Positions 42,779 to 56,352 of a DNA stretch of 64,000 nt are shown here, in pieces. The DNA comes from Eledone cirrhosa. Its lineage: Eukaryota. The notes under the pieces are model-generated. The model had not been told where the DNA came from and made no database searches. It saw only the letters and a list, made by a program, of their open reading frames with translations. Made by a program: the position numbers and the translations under genes. The stretch is taken from NCBI GenBank assembly GCA_964016885.1, contig OZ024742.1:35030001-35094000 (forward strand), given 5' to 3'. Each line of letters starts with the position of its first letter. The stretch's first letter is position 1.

Positions 42779-44180
42779 ATAAATGGAAAAGAATGAAACG
42801 AAATTTCATTTCCCACTCTTAGTACGGCTGATACTTAAATGTAAGTATGTATGTATACGTACATACATATATGTATACAGACGTACAGTAGTATGTATAT
42901 ACATACATGCACACATATATATATGTACGTATCGGTTTACCGAACATTTATTATAATGTTCGATTTGTTTGTTTGTAAACAAACAAACAGCCCATCTGTA
43001 TACATATAAGTATGTACAGGGATCAGATGTTGTTTACTCGAGAGAAGGCTACGTTGGTATGGTCACGTGATGCGCATGAAAGACGACAGCTGTATAACAA
43101 AGTGCAGGGCAATAAAGATAGATGGTAGCCACGGAGTAGGCAGAACCAGAAAAACCTGGGACGAGCTGATAAATTCCGACCTCACACACTTACACCTCTC
43201 CAAGTCAATGTCACTGGACCGAGACCTTTGGCGGTACTCAGTAATAGAGAAGACCCGCCTTACCTAAATACAAAGTAAAACCTACACCGCCCCTTTCAAT
43301 GTAAAGTTATGTTGGTGCCACAACATCCAGGCCGAAACAAATGAGATCGTGTAGGTGTCACGACAAAAAACACACAGTCCACGCTGTAATGTGGCCGTGT
43401 AGGCAACACGGTAAAAACCTCCCAGTCCCACACTGTAAATGTGGTTGGTGTTAGGAAGGGCATCCAGCTGTAGAAAACACGCCAGACAGTCCACACTGTA
43501 ATGTGGCCGTGTAGGCAACACGGTAAAAACCTCCCAGCCCCACACTGTAAATGTGGTTGGTGTTAGGAAGGGCATCCAGCTGTAGAAAACCCGCCAGACA
43601 GTCCTATGCGAGCAAGACAACCACTCTTGCCTCAAGTGGGAAAACTCCCGTCCAAACCCATGCAAGCGTGGAACATGGACGTTAAACGATGATGATGATG
43701 ATGATGATGATGTAAACATACATACTTACATGTAAGTATCAGCCGTACTAAGAGTGAGAAATGAAATTTCGTTTCATTCTTTTCCATTTATCGTTTTCGG
43801 TGCGCCCGGCCGACTAACTCGATATGCAAATTAGGCTGCTCAGCCGTTAATATGCATAAGGAAAGTATAAACTTTCAGACATTCAATCATCTGGCAGGAC
43901 GGCATACGATGCTGACGATAGCTAATTAGCTTTAAACTAGTACATCGTTCCTGTGTCAGTGTTGAACAAAAAAGCGACGATGGTTGCCTGAACACTGTAC
44001 GGCGTAATTCAGGCTGTTTGTTTGTTTACAGACAAACAAATCGAACATTATAATAAATGTTCGGTAAACCCATATGTACATATATATATGTGTGCATGTA
44101 TGTATATATATATACATACTACTGTATGTCTGTATACATATATATATGTACATATACATACATACTTACATTTAAGTATA
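42779..44180. mobile_element. Non-coding 440-nt tandem unit with inverted arm (42779-42992) and hammerhead 43906-43948; retrozyme-like
   Basis: CATACTTACA repeats at 43721 and 44161; ACGATG-CTGACGA-AGCTA/TAGCT-TAAA-CTAG-TA-CATCGT. Confidence 0.7.
43018..43713 (+). mobile_element. RTE LINE 3' fragment with about 114-bp internal duplication and (GAT)n tail, nested in the 440-nt element
   Basis: RRLRWYGHVMRM..GRTRKTW..DRDLWR; same family as 46120-49165. Confidence 0.85.
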
Positions 44181-44182
44181 TA

Positions 44183-44247
<65 letters not shown>

Positions 44248-45137
44248 GCTTATATATATATTAACTTTAATCTGTTATTTTAATAAATATTTGCTCTACG
44301 GTTCTTATATATTTGATATATATTTATCCTTATCGAGCCCTCTTTGGATTTTAGTCTTTAAATTTATTGTTATTACTATATATATATATATATACATATA
44401 TACATACATGTATGTTTGGGTGTGTGTTTGTGCTTGTGAATGTGTTTGTATTATTGTTATTGCTTTTCATGAAGTGATTATTATGATTATTGTTCGGTGT
44501 GTGTGTATGTACGTGTGTGACTGCATGTGTGGGAACGTGTTCGTGTCTGTGCATGCGCGCGCGCGTGTGTGTGTGTGTGCGTGTATCTGTGTGTGTGTGT
44601 GCCAGGAAGTGATTATTCTGGCGGTGTTAGTTACGATACGAGCATGAATAGATGATGTGTATAGGCGTACACACGTCATGGTGTGTGTAGGTGAGAATTA
44701 CATTATGGGTACACGTGCCTATGGATTATTAGCCGCTTGCACGTTAAGTTCAGGAGCAGGATCTTTTGTTGATCGCGGGAACATTCACCGTCGTAACTGA
44801 TGGTATGTGCGGGATGGTGTGTATGTGTATATAGAATGGTGTGTTTTTGTGTGTGTCCGTGACTCTGTGTGTGTGTTTGTGAGTGTGTGTATGTATATAT
44901 ATGTGTGCGAGTGTGAATATCAGAGTAAATATGTGGGTGGGTGTAAGTTCTTTATTATTGTTGCTTTTCAGGAAGTAGCTATTGTGAATATTGTTAGTTA
45001 TGGCACGATGATGAATAGAACATATGTATTTGTGTATATACTTAGATGGATATATATATCTATATGTTATATATGTCCCAAGGCTCTAAAACCATCAACA
45101 CCATAAACACAGAGCTGGCATATCTAAGAACTGACTA

Positions 45138-45193
45138 ACTGCCTGATGAGGTCATAGCCATTCAATAGCTATCAGCGAAATATATATAGCAGT
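45138..45193 (+). ncRNA. Type-I hammerhead motif
   Basis: ACTGC-CTGATGA..ATAGC/GCTAT..GAAA-TATATA-TA-GCAGT; ends in (TA)n about 45 nt later. Confidence 0.7.
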
Positions 45194-45234
45194 AAATTAA
45201 GATTTATGAGTTCATGCAATTGACTTATGTTTCG

Positions 45235-45299
<65 letters not shown>

Positions 45300-45361
45300 G
45301 CTTGTTGGATAGTATTTGGTTGCAAGCTATATAGATATAGATATATATGCATATATATATA

Positions 45362-45496
<135 letters not shown>

Positions 45497-46119
45497 GTGT
45501 GCGTGTGTGTGTGCGTGTATGTGTGTGTGTGTGTGCGTGCATGTATGTGTGTGTTATTATTGCTAGTTTCATAGACATTATTGACAAAATCACAATAATA
45601 TCATCAGCTCTCAAAATATCAGAATGGTTTCGCACGATTTAATTGTACCAATTTAAATTGCCGGATTATGCAACAGAAAAATAAATCTTTCTGTTGGAAT
45701 GATGTGGGTGTGATAAAACAAACAGCAGAAATAGAAGAAGTAAAGAAAACAAAAAAAAAGAAATTAATGGGATAGTCGACTTGTTATTTGGATGAGAGTA
45801 AGATGTGTGTGTAAGCCTGTCTTGTGCATCTCCTTTCTTTAATTTTTTGTTCCAGTCACTTCTGTGCGCCAGCGCACTTCTCCATCTTTTCTATATTTCA
45901 TCTGCCTGTCACCCACCTTGTGAATTGTCTCTCTGTTGACCACCAACCGCTGGTCTCTGTCCTCTGAGACCTTTTGCCCATTGCTGTCTTTGACAGCATT
46001 TAGCTATTTTAACAGTTGTCCATGCGATGAATTTTTTTCATTTTCATATATATTCAAATAAACTCTCGCTTCGTCTCGATTAGACACAACATTGTTGTAT
46101 ATATATATATATATATATA

Positions 46120-49100
46120 TCATCACCGTTTTACGTCCGTTCTTCAACGCTAGCATGGGTCAGGCGGGTTGTCTTGTTGTGGGCAGTGTCTGGTCGGCTG
46201 ACCTTGTCTTGCTCATACAGGAACTGATTCTGGCTTGATTTTTACAGCTGGATGCCCTTCCTAACACCAACCTCATTTACAGTGAGTGCTGGGTGCTTTT
46301 TTTCCGTGGCGCCTACACGGCCACTTTACAGTGTGGTCTGGGTGCTTTTGTGCCGTGGCACCTCCACGACCACTTTGCAGCGGGAGGGTGTGGGGGTATA
46401 TTGTCTATATGCTTAAGTTTCGGCTTGTACCTGTGGGGGTGTCGGGTCTTCTGTATTACTGCGTGACGCCAGAGATCACGGCCGTTTGTCATCGCCTTTG
46501 AGAGGTGTAATTGGGTAAGGTCGGCTTTTATCACCTCATCCCAGGTCTTCTTGGGTCTCCCCCACTCCGCGGTTTCCATTGACTTCTATTGCTCTGCACC
46601 TTTTTATGCAGCTGTCATCCTTCATACGCATCACATGTCCATACCAACGCAACCGCCTCTCCTGCACACAGCATTTGATTCCTTTTATTCTCAGTCTCTC
46701 TCTCAATTCATTTATGCTTTGCCGTTCGCGTATTACACATCCATCGGAGCATGCAGGCTTCGTTTCTTTCTACGTAAGTCTTCCACCTTCAGCGCCCAGG
46801 TCTCACTATCATGTAACATTGCTGTTCGTATACTCGCATCATACAGCCTGCCTTTCATTTTGAGGGAAAAGCCTTTTGCAGCTAGCAGTGGCAGTAGCTC
46901 CCTGAATTTTTTCCATCTCGTTCTTACCCTAGTTATTTTACTTTCTGAACACCCACCTCCGCTGCTAATTCGGTCACCTAGGTAGCAGAAGCTGTCTACT
47001 GTTTCTACAGAGCCCTCCCAGAGATTGGTGGTACTTGTTTCCTGTGGCTGTTTACTGCTTGCTGTCCCAGCACAGCTGCTACATGTGAAGCCTACATTCT
47101 TAATTAAGCTTCCTGAGATCCCGCTACATCTCTTGTGTACCCATTGTTTGCATTTGGGAAAGAGAATGGAGTTCCTACCTACACCTTTCCTACATACTGA
47201 GCAAGGCCTTTTCCCTGAGGGGATCTGAGTTCTGTTTTCTCGTCTACTTACAAGGACCTTAGTCTTTGTCAGGTTGACTTTGAGACCCTTTCTTTCTAGT
47301 CCCTGCTTCCAAGTTTGGAATTTCTTCTCTAGTTCTAACATAGATTCAGCTATAAGTGCGAGGTCATCTGCATACAGGAGTTTCCATGGGCATCCGGTCT
47401 TAAACTCCTCCGTTATTGCCTGCAGGGCTATGATGAACAAGAGAGGGCTAAGAACAGAGCCCTGGTGGACACGAACCTGTACGCTAAATTCCTCGCTATA
47501 CTCATTGCTAATCCTAAATTTGCTGACTGCTCCTCTATACATGGCTTGTACAGCTTTCACAAGCCATTCATCTACGCCTAATTTTCTAAGAGCCCACCGG
47601 ATTATAGCACATGGAACTCTGTCAAAAGCTTTCTCGAGATCGACGAATGCCAGGTAGAGTGGTTTACTTTTAGCTAGGTACTTTTCCTGTAACTGCCTCA
47701 CAAGGAAGAGGGCATCAGTGGTTGGTGCCTCTTCCTGGTACAAACCCAAATTGCATCTCATCTAGTTTCACCCGGTCCCTAATCAACTGTGCTATAACTC
47801 TTTATGTTACTTTCATGACCTGGTCCATCAGCTTTATACCTCTATAGTTTCCTCTATCTAGTGCATCACCTTTACCTTTGTAGCAGTTGACAATGATGCT
47901 ACTGCACCAATCCTTTGGTATGACACCTTCTAGTATTACCTGGTTAACAATACGTGTGATTATAGTGTGACCTACCGACCCAGATGCCTTCAGCATCTCG
48001 GCAGCTATACCTGATGAACCAGTTGCCTTCCCCATCTTCATGTCTTTGATTGCCTTACTTACTACGCTGCTGCTGACTTGTACTGCTGGCCCCTCTATAA
48101 GGTCTACTTTGAGTAGGGTCTCTTCTTCCCATCCATTCTCCTCATTTAGTAATCTATCATAATGGCTCTTCCACGCATCTTTCTTCTCAGCACTTGTGAG
48201 GTCAAGCTCACCTTTATCATTCCGGATTCACTGCTCTCCAATGCCATCACAATTCTATCTGACACACTGCCTCGCAATCTTGAACACCTCCTGTTTCTGG
48301 TCCTCATGTTGCAAAACATGCTTGAATTTTCTATCCTCTGCTTCCCTCCTAGCTAATTATACTTGTCGCCTAGCTTCCCTCTTGGTCTCTATGTAATGTA
48401 CCCTGCTCCCCCCGTTCTTCCATTCTTTCCATGCCTGTCTCTTAGCCTTAACTGCCTCATCTACCTTATTGTTCCACCACCAAGTCACTCTCCTCCTGCT
48501 TGTGGTCGTACTCCAGCCACAGACCTCATCCGTCGCCTCTAGTAAGTTATCTTTTAGGAACTCACAGTGCTCTTCTACATTGAATGTCTCTATCTGTTCT
48601 ACTTTACTGTCGTAGGCGTTGAGTAAAATATCTTTAAATCTGTTACTGGCTGAGTGGTCTTTCAGCTTCCAGATCTTTCTTCTCCAGGTTGGCCTCTGTT
48701 TCCAGGTTCGTCTAGTTCTGACTGTGAGGTCGCTGATAACTAAGCTATGTTGGGAAGTACATTCCTCACTAGGGAAGGCTTTTGTGTTTACGACCGTCCA
48801 TCTGTCACGTCCTCTGATGAGGATAAAATCTATCTGACTAGAATGCTCCACTGATCTATAGGTGATCAGGTGGTTGTCGGCTTTTTTTAAGTTTGTGTTA
48901 CATATCGACATGTCATTGGCGTCGCAGAATTCTAGAAGCCTGAATCCTTCTTCATTTATTGTGCCAACCCCATGCTCTCCATGGACTCTATTGAAGCCGT
49001 CACAGTGTTTACCTATGTGTCCGTTAAAATCTCCTGCAATGATTAGGAAGTCATTGCCGTTTGTTAGAGCAGTAGTGCGCATTAGGGACTTGTAAAACCT

Positions 49101-49165
49101 ATCCTTAAGTTCGTCTGGCAACCCCGATTGGGGTGAGTAAGCTAATATTATTGTGGTAATTGTTT
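46120..49165 (-). mobile_element. RTE-clade LINE, partial APE endonuclease + RT + PHD-like finger, frameshifted
   Basis: AGDFNGH, SQIDFIL, SQH; NYRGIKLMD; FVDLEKAFD, QGSVLSP, LLYADD, CSVC..CKQWVHKRC, YLG, SETW. Confidence 0.92.
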
Positions 49166-49991
49166 TTTGGTATGCTTATATACATTTTTTCTTCTAACTT
49201 TGATTTTGTACCTAATTGTGTAGTTGGATTACTTTGAATAAATAATGAATGAATATTACATAATTTATGAATATTACATAATTTATCTATTAAATTTCGT
49301 AGCTGTTGATTAAATATATTTATTGCTTATTTAAAGATTCACTTCTTTAAAATTTTCAAATGTCAACACTTCCGGTTAGCGATCGCTTAAATAAACAGTC
49401 ATATATTTCCGTCACTAATTTTCTCCTAATGCAGTTTATATATAATATCGTCTTTTTTAATGTATCATGGATTACGTCACTGATTACACAAGAGAGTGTA
49501 ACACAGTCTTCGTGCAATTTCTGTGCATATTGTCAATTACGATTTTATTTGATGTATCATATCTACATGTATATATACTTGCGTATAATATCAATATACA
49601 CACTATACATGCTAGCAGAAAACCACCCGAAGAGTGGTTTTTCTGCTAATACATATTAAGTGAGAATTAGTGTTGCCATAAAGGAATAATAAATAGAATA
49701 AAATAAAATAAAGTGCAATTAAAGTTAAAGATAGATGACCATTAAATAAATAAGGAATAGATCACAAGCGAAAAGTAAGAGTAAATGTTACAGAAGTAGA
49801 AACAAAAAATAGAAGAAAAAGTAACATACAAGAACAAAAAGGTGGAATGCGATGAAAGTACCAAGATTAGACTATGCTAACGCTTAATATGTATCACAAA
49901 ATTAATAGTCGTACAGAGATATAGAATACGCTAAGAAACGTATAATATTTGTATAAGCGGGGAGGAATTCCCAGTATTATTAGCTTAATAA

Positions 49992-50186
49992 GGGCGGTGG
50001 ATTGGCAATATCGGTGGAGGATCGGATGCCATGCTTTCCAGCATAAAGTTATGTCCCTTTACGGTCTGAGTTCAAACCCCACCGAGGTTAACTTTGCCTT
50101 TCATCCTTACGGGGTCGATAAAATAAAGTACCAGTAATGCATTGGAATAATTGCTGGCCTTGTTCCAAAAGTAGAAACAATTATTA
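49992..50186 (+). mobile_element. SINE family A
   Basis: Full-length consensus match. Confidence 0.87.
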
Positions 50187-50325
50187 GCCTAAGAAAACAT
50201 ATATATGTATATATATACACACTCTCAAGCGTGAAACTAAATACAATATCATTTGTACTGCCTCTCTGGTTTTTGTTCTCTTTTCATTTATTAAACTATA
50301 TATATATATATATATATATATGCGT

Positions 50326-50958
50326 TCACCGTATTTTAGACTAAAGAAATTTCTAGCCTGATAGTGGGGTTTATAACCCTCGGAGAAATGGAAAAAGATG
50401 AGTGTTGCTGTACATGGGAGTCGAACCCACATCTTTGGTTATCCAGACCACTGTGCTACCATTACACCAATACACATCCCATCTCCTTCCATTCGAATTA
50501 GAAGCTATGAACTTAGCAAGTAAATGATAAACAAGCAAATTATAAACGTAAACATGTAAGTATGTTTTTGAAACGGTGCGCGAGTTTGAAATTAGAAATT
50601 AAAAATGATAAGCTTTCACCGTATTTTAGACTAAAGAAATTTCTAGCCTGATAGTGGGGTTTATAACCCTCAGAGAAATGGAAAAAGATGAGTGCTGCCG
50701 TACATGGGAGTCGAACCCACATCGTTGGTTATCCAGACCACTGTGCTACCATTACACCAATACACATCCCATCTCCTTCCATTCGAATTAGAAGCTATGA
50801 ACTTAGCAAGTAAATGATAGGGTTATAAACCCCACTATCAGGCTAGAAATGTCTTTAGTCTAAAATACGGTGAAAGCTTATAATTTCTAATTTCTAATTT
50901 CAAACTCGCGCACCGTTTCAAAAACATACTTACATGTTTACGTTTATAATTTGCTTGT
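50326..50958 (-). mobile_element. 290-nt tandem unit with tRNA-like head (50406-50476, 50696-50766) plus inverted arm 50819-50958
   Basis: Direct repeat period 290; TGGTGTAATGGTAGCACA..TGGT-CTGGATA-ACCA..GGGTTCGACTCCC; relative at 18630-18770. Confidence 0.8.
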
Positions 50959-51800
50959 ATATGTATATAGTGAAAGATTGAAGAAAACTTGGTCGGCTGT
51001 ACAGAAAAGGTCTTATTTCTAGAATTAAGAATTGTTTCATTGATCAGGTGAGTCTAAAGGCCGTTAATCACTCGAAGTTGCGTCACTCGACCTGAAATAC
51101 AATGTTTGCCTCTGATCATATCAATGAAATACTGGAGGGTTTAACATATGGCATTAGTATTTATAGATACAACGGAGAATCAAAACAATAACATCAATAA
51201 TAAAAGATAATAATAAAGAAGTTAGAATGAAGATGATAAAGATGTACAAAATAAGTAAAAATAATACTAAGTACAGAATACGATTGCTGATAATAATGGT
51301 GATGGTGGTGGTGATTAAAGTTACAGTGGTGAGTAAGTGTATGTGTAAAGACGTGATGAGGGTAAAGATAACACTAACATGAAAAGAAACATTAAATACA
51401 TACATACATAGTGGTCAAATCTCCGAGGATTAGAGTAAAGAGTAAAAAACAAAAATATAGTAACAAATAACAGATAAAAGATAAAAAGTAATAAATAAAA
51501 ATTAAGTGAGAGGGGAAGAGATACAGGACAGGAGACAGAGAGCGGGGTGGTGATACGGGGATGAGACATAAGGGGTAGGGCTAAGAACGGGGAAGGAGTA
51601 GATAGGTAGATAGAAAATAAAAATTGAGAGGGGTATTGTTGATATATGTGTGGTTAATGCCTGGCAGGTTTTATCTTAATGGGGGTGATGTGGCTTTAGA
51701 GAGAGAGAGAGTGAAAGAAAGGTTGGGAGATTTATGATGTTGATTTAGTGACCAGTTGGTCAGTTGACAGTTAATAACAGTGGGGTGGCATGTAGTCAGT

Positions 51801-51882
<82 letters not shown>

Positions 51883-51889
51883 TAAAGCC

Positions 51890-52610
51890 ATCGCTTGAAT
51901 TTTCAAACATATTTAGGCTAGCAAAAGTCCTACATTCTCTGGCACAGATGTTACAGACATGACTTTTGACGACAGGAATCGAAACTATAAATCACAATTC
52001 TCTTGGAAATACGAACATAATAATGATTTATCTAATTATCATAAAATTGCAAAAATAGATTCCTCTGTTGGCTATGTGAACAACATGAAGCTATATTGGG
52101 ACAATATACATCCAGAACTAAATCACTTCACAGCCATACAATTACGCCAACAATCAAAGTTCATCGAACATAAAACTAACATAAACAATATTCAAACTTA
52201 TCCCATAACTTCTTTGTAGATGACCTGAAACTCTATGCCAAATACATAAATGAAACGAAGAAAAACCTTGACCTGGTTACGATGTTCTCCAAAGATATAG
52301 GAATGGAATTTGGCCAGGATAAATGTTCATGTATGATTGTAAAGCGGTAAAAATCTACAAGCCAATCTAGCAACATTTTTATCACTGACCTGACTGTTGC
52401 ATCGGTATCTGACGATGACGACTACAGATACATTCGAAGGATAGATGAAAATATATCCAATGAAGGTATTTGTATCAAGGAACTCGTAACAAGAGAATAT
52501 AAAACCCGAATAAGAAAAATATAGTCTTCTGAACTATCTGCGTACAATAAATCAGCGGCTGTGTTTGCTGTACTTATCCTGACACCAACATTTGTAATAC
52601 TAGATTGGAG
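51890..52610 (+). pseudogene. Decayed, internally deleted R4-like LINE
   Basis: KLYWDNIHPE..QLRQQ; FVDDLKLYAK..DIGMEFGQDKC; [15 protein letters not shown] homologous to about 26740-26830. Confidence 0.7.
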
Positions 52611-53464
52611 GCTAGGGTGTCCAGGTCTGCCCGAAAACGTAGCCAAATGCCACTAAAAAAAGTTCTTTCGTCTTACAAAATGAAGAAGACATACGTATCC
52701 TAGATAACTTATTTCCTTAAAGTAATTCTCAGAGATCCAGGAAGACTAATTTCACAATATTTAAATCACAAGACTCTCTCACCATACTCTGAGGAAATGC
52801 CTTTTCTATTCTATTCTCCGGAGCCACGGGGCGGTCAGCGCGTGGGCACCCATTTGCTTATAATAGTGAGAGATGGGGAGAGCGGGAGAGACGGAGGTAG
52901 TGACAGGAGGAGCTTGGTTCCATTGTGGTCGGACCTGGTGTGTGTGTATATAATTATTTACCACACCTCTTATACAGCTTTATTAAGTAAAAGAGTTATT
53001 GCCCTTGAAAAGTTATTCATGAGTCATTTCCCTTGAAATTTCTTTTTTTTATCAATTTGTTATTATTATTTTTTTTTTTTTTTTTTCTAGAATACGCAAT
53101 GTAGCCGGTCCCGATAAAATAGACTCCCAGGCTATTTAGCCGGTAAGAGCATCAGACACCATGAGTTACGGACCGAATTAAGACAATTGTTAAGACAATT
53201 TGAAATCTTTTCCACCATCAATTGTTAAAAAACATGTTAAAATCATTTAGTCATCATTTTATAATTCTGCTTGTGTTTCATCTATTGGTAACGTGTGTTA
53301 CGCTTTAGTTACATACACACACATCTACTGAGTTCCAAGGCTTAAGATTTTAACAGAGTCAAATGATTTCGAAATTAAAAATTTTAGCAGAGAGTCAAAA
53401 ATTTTCGATATTAAGAATTTTAGAAGAAAGTCACGACATGAGCTAAAGATAGCAGTTACTACCT

Positions 53465-54667
53465 GGGTTCTTTATAACTGGTTGAAGTCCTTCATTCTCA
53501 GTCGAAGAGAGGTAGTCACGGTTCTAGGACAGCATTCCTCACCGTATGAGATGTCATCCGGGATCTGTTCTTGGCCCCCTTTGTGGCGTATATTAATGAC
53601 ATAGATGCCAACTTAAAGAATGCCACAGTACTGAAATATGCAGATGACATCAAGCTGTACCTGAGATAAAAAGGACAGATCCTGAACACTATAGATCTTG
53701 CCTGCAATCTGACCAGGACACAATGCAACAATGGATCACGGACTGGCAACTCAAGCTGGCTGTAGACAAGTGTACCACCATGCATTTTGGGAGGAAAAGC
53801 TCAGCATCCACATACTCCCTCCACAACACTAATATCAAGAAGTCTTCTTGTGAACATGACCTGGGCATTACTGTCAGCAGCGATTTGCGTTGGACGAAGC
53901 ACGTCTCTAAAATTGTCAAGAAGGCCGCGGGTGTCTTAGCATCACTCAGCAAGACCTTTGTCAGCCGCTCTCCAGCTATCTATTTAAAGCTGTATATAAC
54001 TATGGTGTGGCCACACTAAGAATTTGTATCACCAGTCTGGAACCCATATCTTGCTCAGAACATTGACCTCCTGGAAACTGTTCAGAGATGTGCAACCAAG
54101 CGAATACCCTCCATCAGGCATCTACCATACTCTGAACGCCTTGCTTCCCTGGGCATGGATACATTGAAGCTCCGACGTCTGGCAACTGACTTGGTAAACA
54201 CCCACAAAATTATTAACCATCTTGCCAACAACAACCCTGAGTACCTTTTTGATTTCCATGTGTCTAACACACGTGGGCATGCCAACAAAGTCAGAAAACA
54301 ACACAGTTCCCATGACTTTCAGAAACATTTTTTCACGCTCAGAGTTGCTGAAGCATGGAACAAACTACCTGCATCAGTTGTTAGCTGTCGAGACACTGCA
54401 TCCTTTAAAACCTCCATGGAACAAACTACCTGCATCAGTTGTTAGCTGTCGAGACACTGCATCCTTTAAAACATCCATGCTTCCTGAGATTCGCCAACAC
54501 TACACCTGATGTCCCCCCCCCCTCTCCATACGCACGCACACATGTATATCATGACTCATATACTATTCACTTCCCTGATATTTGTATATTATTCTATGTA
54601 CTATACATGCACCTTTGATGAGTTGTAGTGCACCTGAGCACTGTACACAATAATTTCATTATTATTA
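53465..54667 (+). mobile_element. CR1-clade LINE 3' portion with 61-bp tandem duplication and (ATT)n tail
   Basis: YINDI..KYADDIKLY, W..WQLKL..KC, DLGI, VWNP, VQR.ATK, TRGH, FF.LRV..WNKLP. Confidence 0.88.
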
Positions 54668-55346
54668 ACCGTTCTGCACGCACTTGTCCAATGTCCGTGC
54701 ATTACTGACTTGTGGAGTTATGTCGAACAGCTACTGTCGCGTGTGGAACGGATCCGGGTATCGGCCGAGTCCATAGTGAAGATCGACCCGCCGCCTTCCT
54801 TAGGTCAGGAAGAGCAGGCAATTTTCCTCTGTCTGGTGGCCGTTGCGAAAGAGGTTATATGGTGGACCAGGTTAAAAGGACTGAAGACAGACACTTTTCT
54901 CTTCGGCCAATTCCTCATCAACTTCTTCAAGTTTCACCTGGAAAGGAAGGTGAGGGTGGAGAGAGAAGTGCTGCCCCCCAGTACATTTGCTAAAAGGTGG
55001 GTGAATGTGGCGAGAATGGCTCGTGTGAATGGGCCTACTCTAACCATGCGCCTATAGGCTAGCTAACTTGAGGAGATGGGTGCTCTCCCTGGGTGCCCTA
55101 GAAGCGCAGGGTGGTTCAGGATTGGTGGGGTACCTAACTCACGCCTGGGTCGTCCACCCCCTATCGGGGAATTTATTTTGTTACATTTATGCATAGTTTA
55201 TTTTATATTTTTTATATCTTCATTGTTAAATTAGTTTTGCCATTGTGCACTTTTACTCGACCTTATTGTAAACCCCCACTGTCCCTGTCTTTGCATTGTC
55301 CCCTACATGTCGGCCCTTGTGGCTAATAAATGAAATTATTATTATT
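54668..55346 (+). mobile_element. L1/Tx1-like LINE 3' end
   Basis: TVLHALVQCP..LWSYV..AKEVIWWTR C-terminal pattern; AATAAA plus (ATT)n. Confidence 0.65.
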
Positions 55347-55470
55347 TTCAAATCCCGCCGAGGTTAACTTTGCCTTTCATCCTTACGGGGTCGATAAAAT
55401 AAGGTACAAGTAATGCACTGGGTAATTGCTGGCATTCCTTGTGCCAAAAGTAGAAACAATTATTATTATT
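55347..55470 (+). mobile_element. SINE family A, 3' half
   Basis: Core and AGTAGAAACAATTATT tail. Confidence 0.8.
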
Positions 55471-55920
55471 AAAACACTATTTCTTATTTAGCAGTAAATT
55501 AAGCTTCCGGGACCCCCGTCCTCTGGCTAGAGTTGCGTCCCTTTAGGGCTTACCAGTAAATTCAGCTTTAAAAGCATGTTCGTCTTTTTTTTTTCTTTTT
55601 CATATTCATGGAAACTTTAGATATTTAATCTGTTCTTGTCTTTTATTTCAAAGTTGACACAGCATGGACTAATTGTTAAGAAATACGCTTCGAAATCGTA
55701 AGGACCCAAGATTGACCCGCACCATAGCATCTTCGATCTATCCAAGTCTTTAGAGCGAAATTGTGATTGCCGAAAACTGTTTTGAATCCCATTAGATGGA
55801 CTGTACATATGTCACGCTGATGGTTACGTTAGGTATATTCTACATATCTGTAGAATACCTGCACTGTAATACAAGATGTATTATTCAAAGGACAAGTCTT
55901 ATTAAAAAACTGATTCTTTC

Positions 55921-56224
55921 AAGTTGATTCTCTATTTCGAATGCTCAGCCGCTATGATCAAAGGTGTTCTAGCCGTGATCATTCAGACTTTGAATCAGAG
56001 TATATCTTAATGAGTTTCTGTATATCTGAAGAGGGATGGGCTCCGCCAGGCTTAAAATGCCCCCAAAACGCCGTATGTTAATACGGTGCCCCTACGACTC
56101 TAAGGAGTTACAGGATAATACAATATTAAGTTGATTTTCAATTTCGAATGCTCAGCCACTATGATCAACGGTATTCTAGTCGTGATCATCCAAACTTTTT
56201 ATCAGAGTATACCTTAATGAGTTT
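55921..56224. repeat. About 96-bp direct duplication (55921-56016 / 56128-56224)
   Basis: AAGTTGATT..TTTCGAATGCTCAGCC.CTATGATCAA..TAATGAGTTT occurs twice. Confidence 0.75.
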
Positions 56225-56250
56225 ATGCTTTCGTCATCATCGCCGTTGTT

Positions 56251-56290
<40 letters not shown>

Positions 56291-56352
56291 CCACCATCAT
56301 CATCGTCATTAACATCATCACCATAGTATTTTTTTAAGCATAGTGTAGGACC

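Noticed and set aside
50406-50476. Functional tRNA gene (GGA anticodon)
   Set aside because: Weak acceptor stem, no long variable arm expected of tRNA-Ser, embedded in a mobile tandem unit; treated as a tRNA-derived head.
52613-53200. Possible DNA transposon/MITE starting TAGGGTGTCCAG
   Set aside because: Could not locate a matching terminal inverted repeat or TSD.
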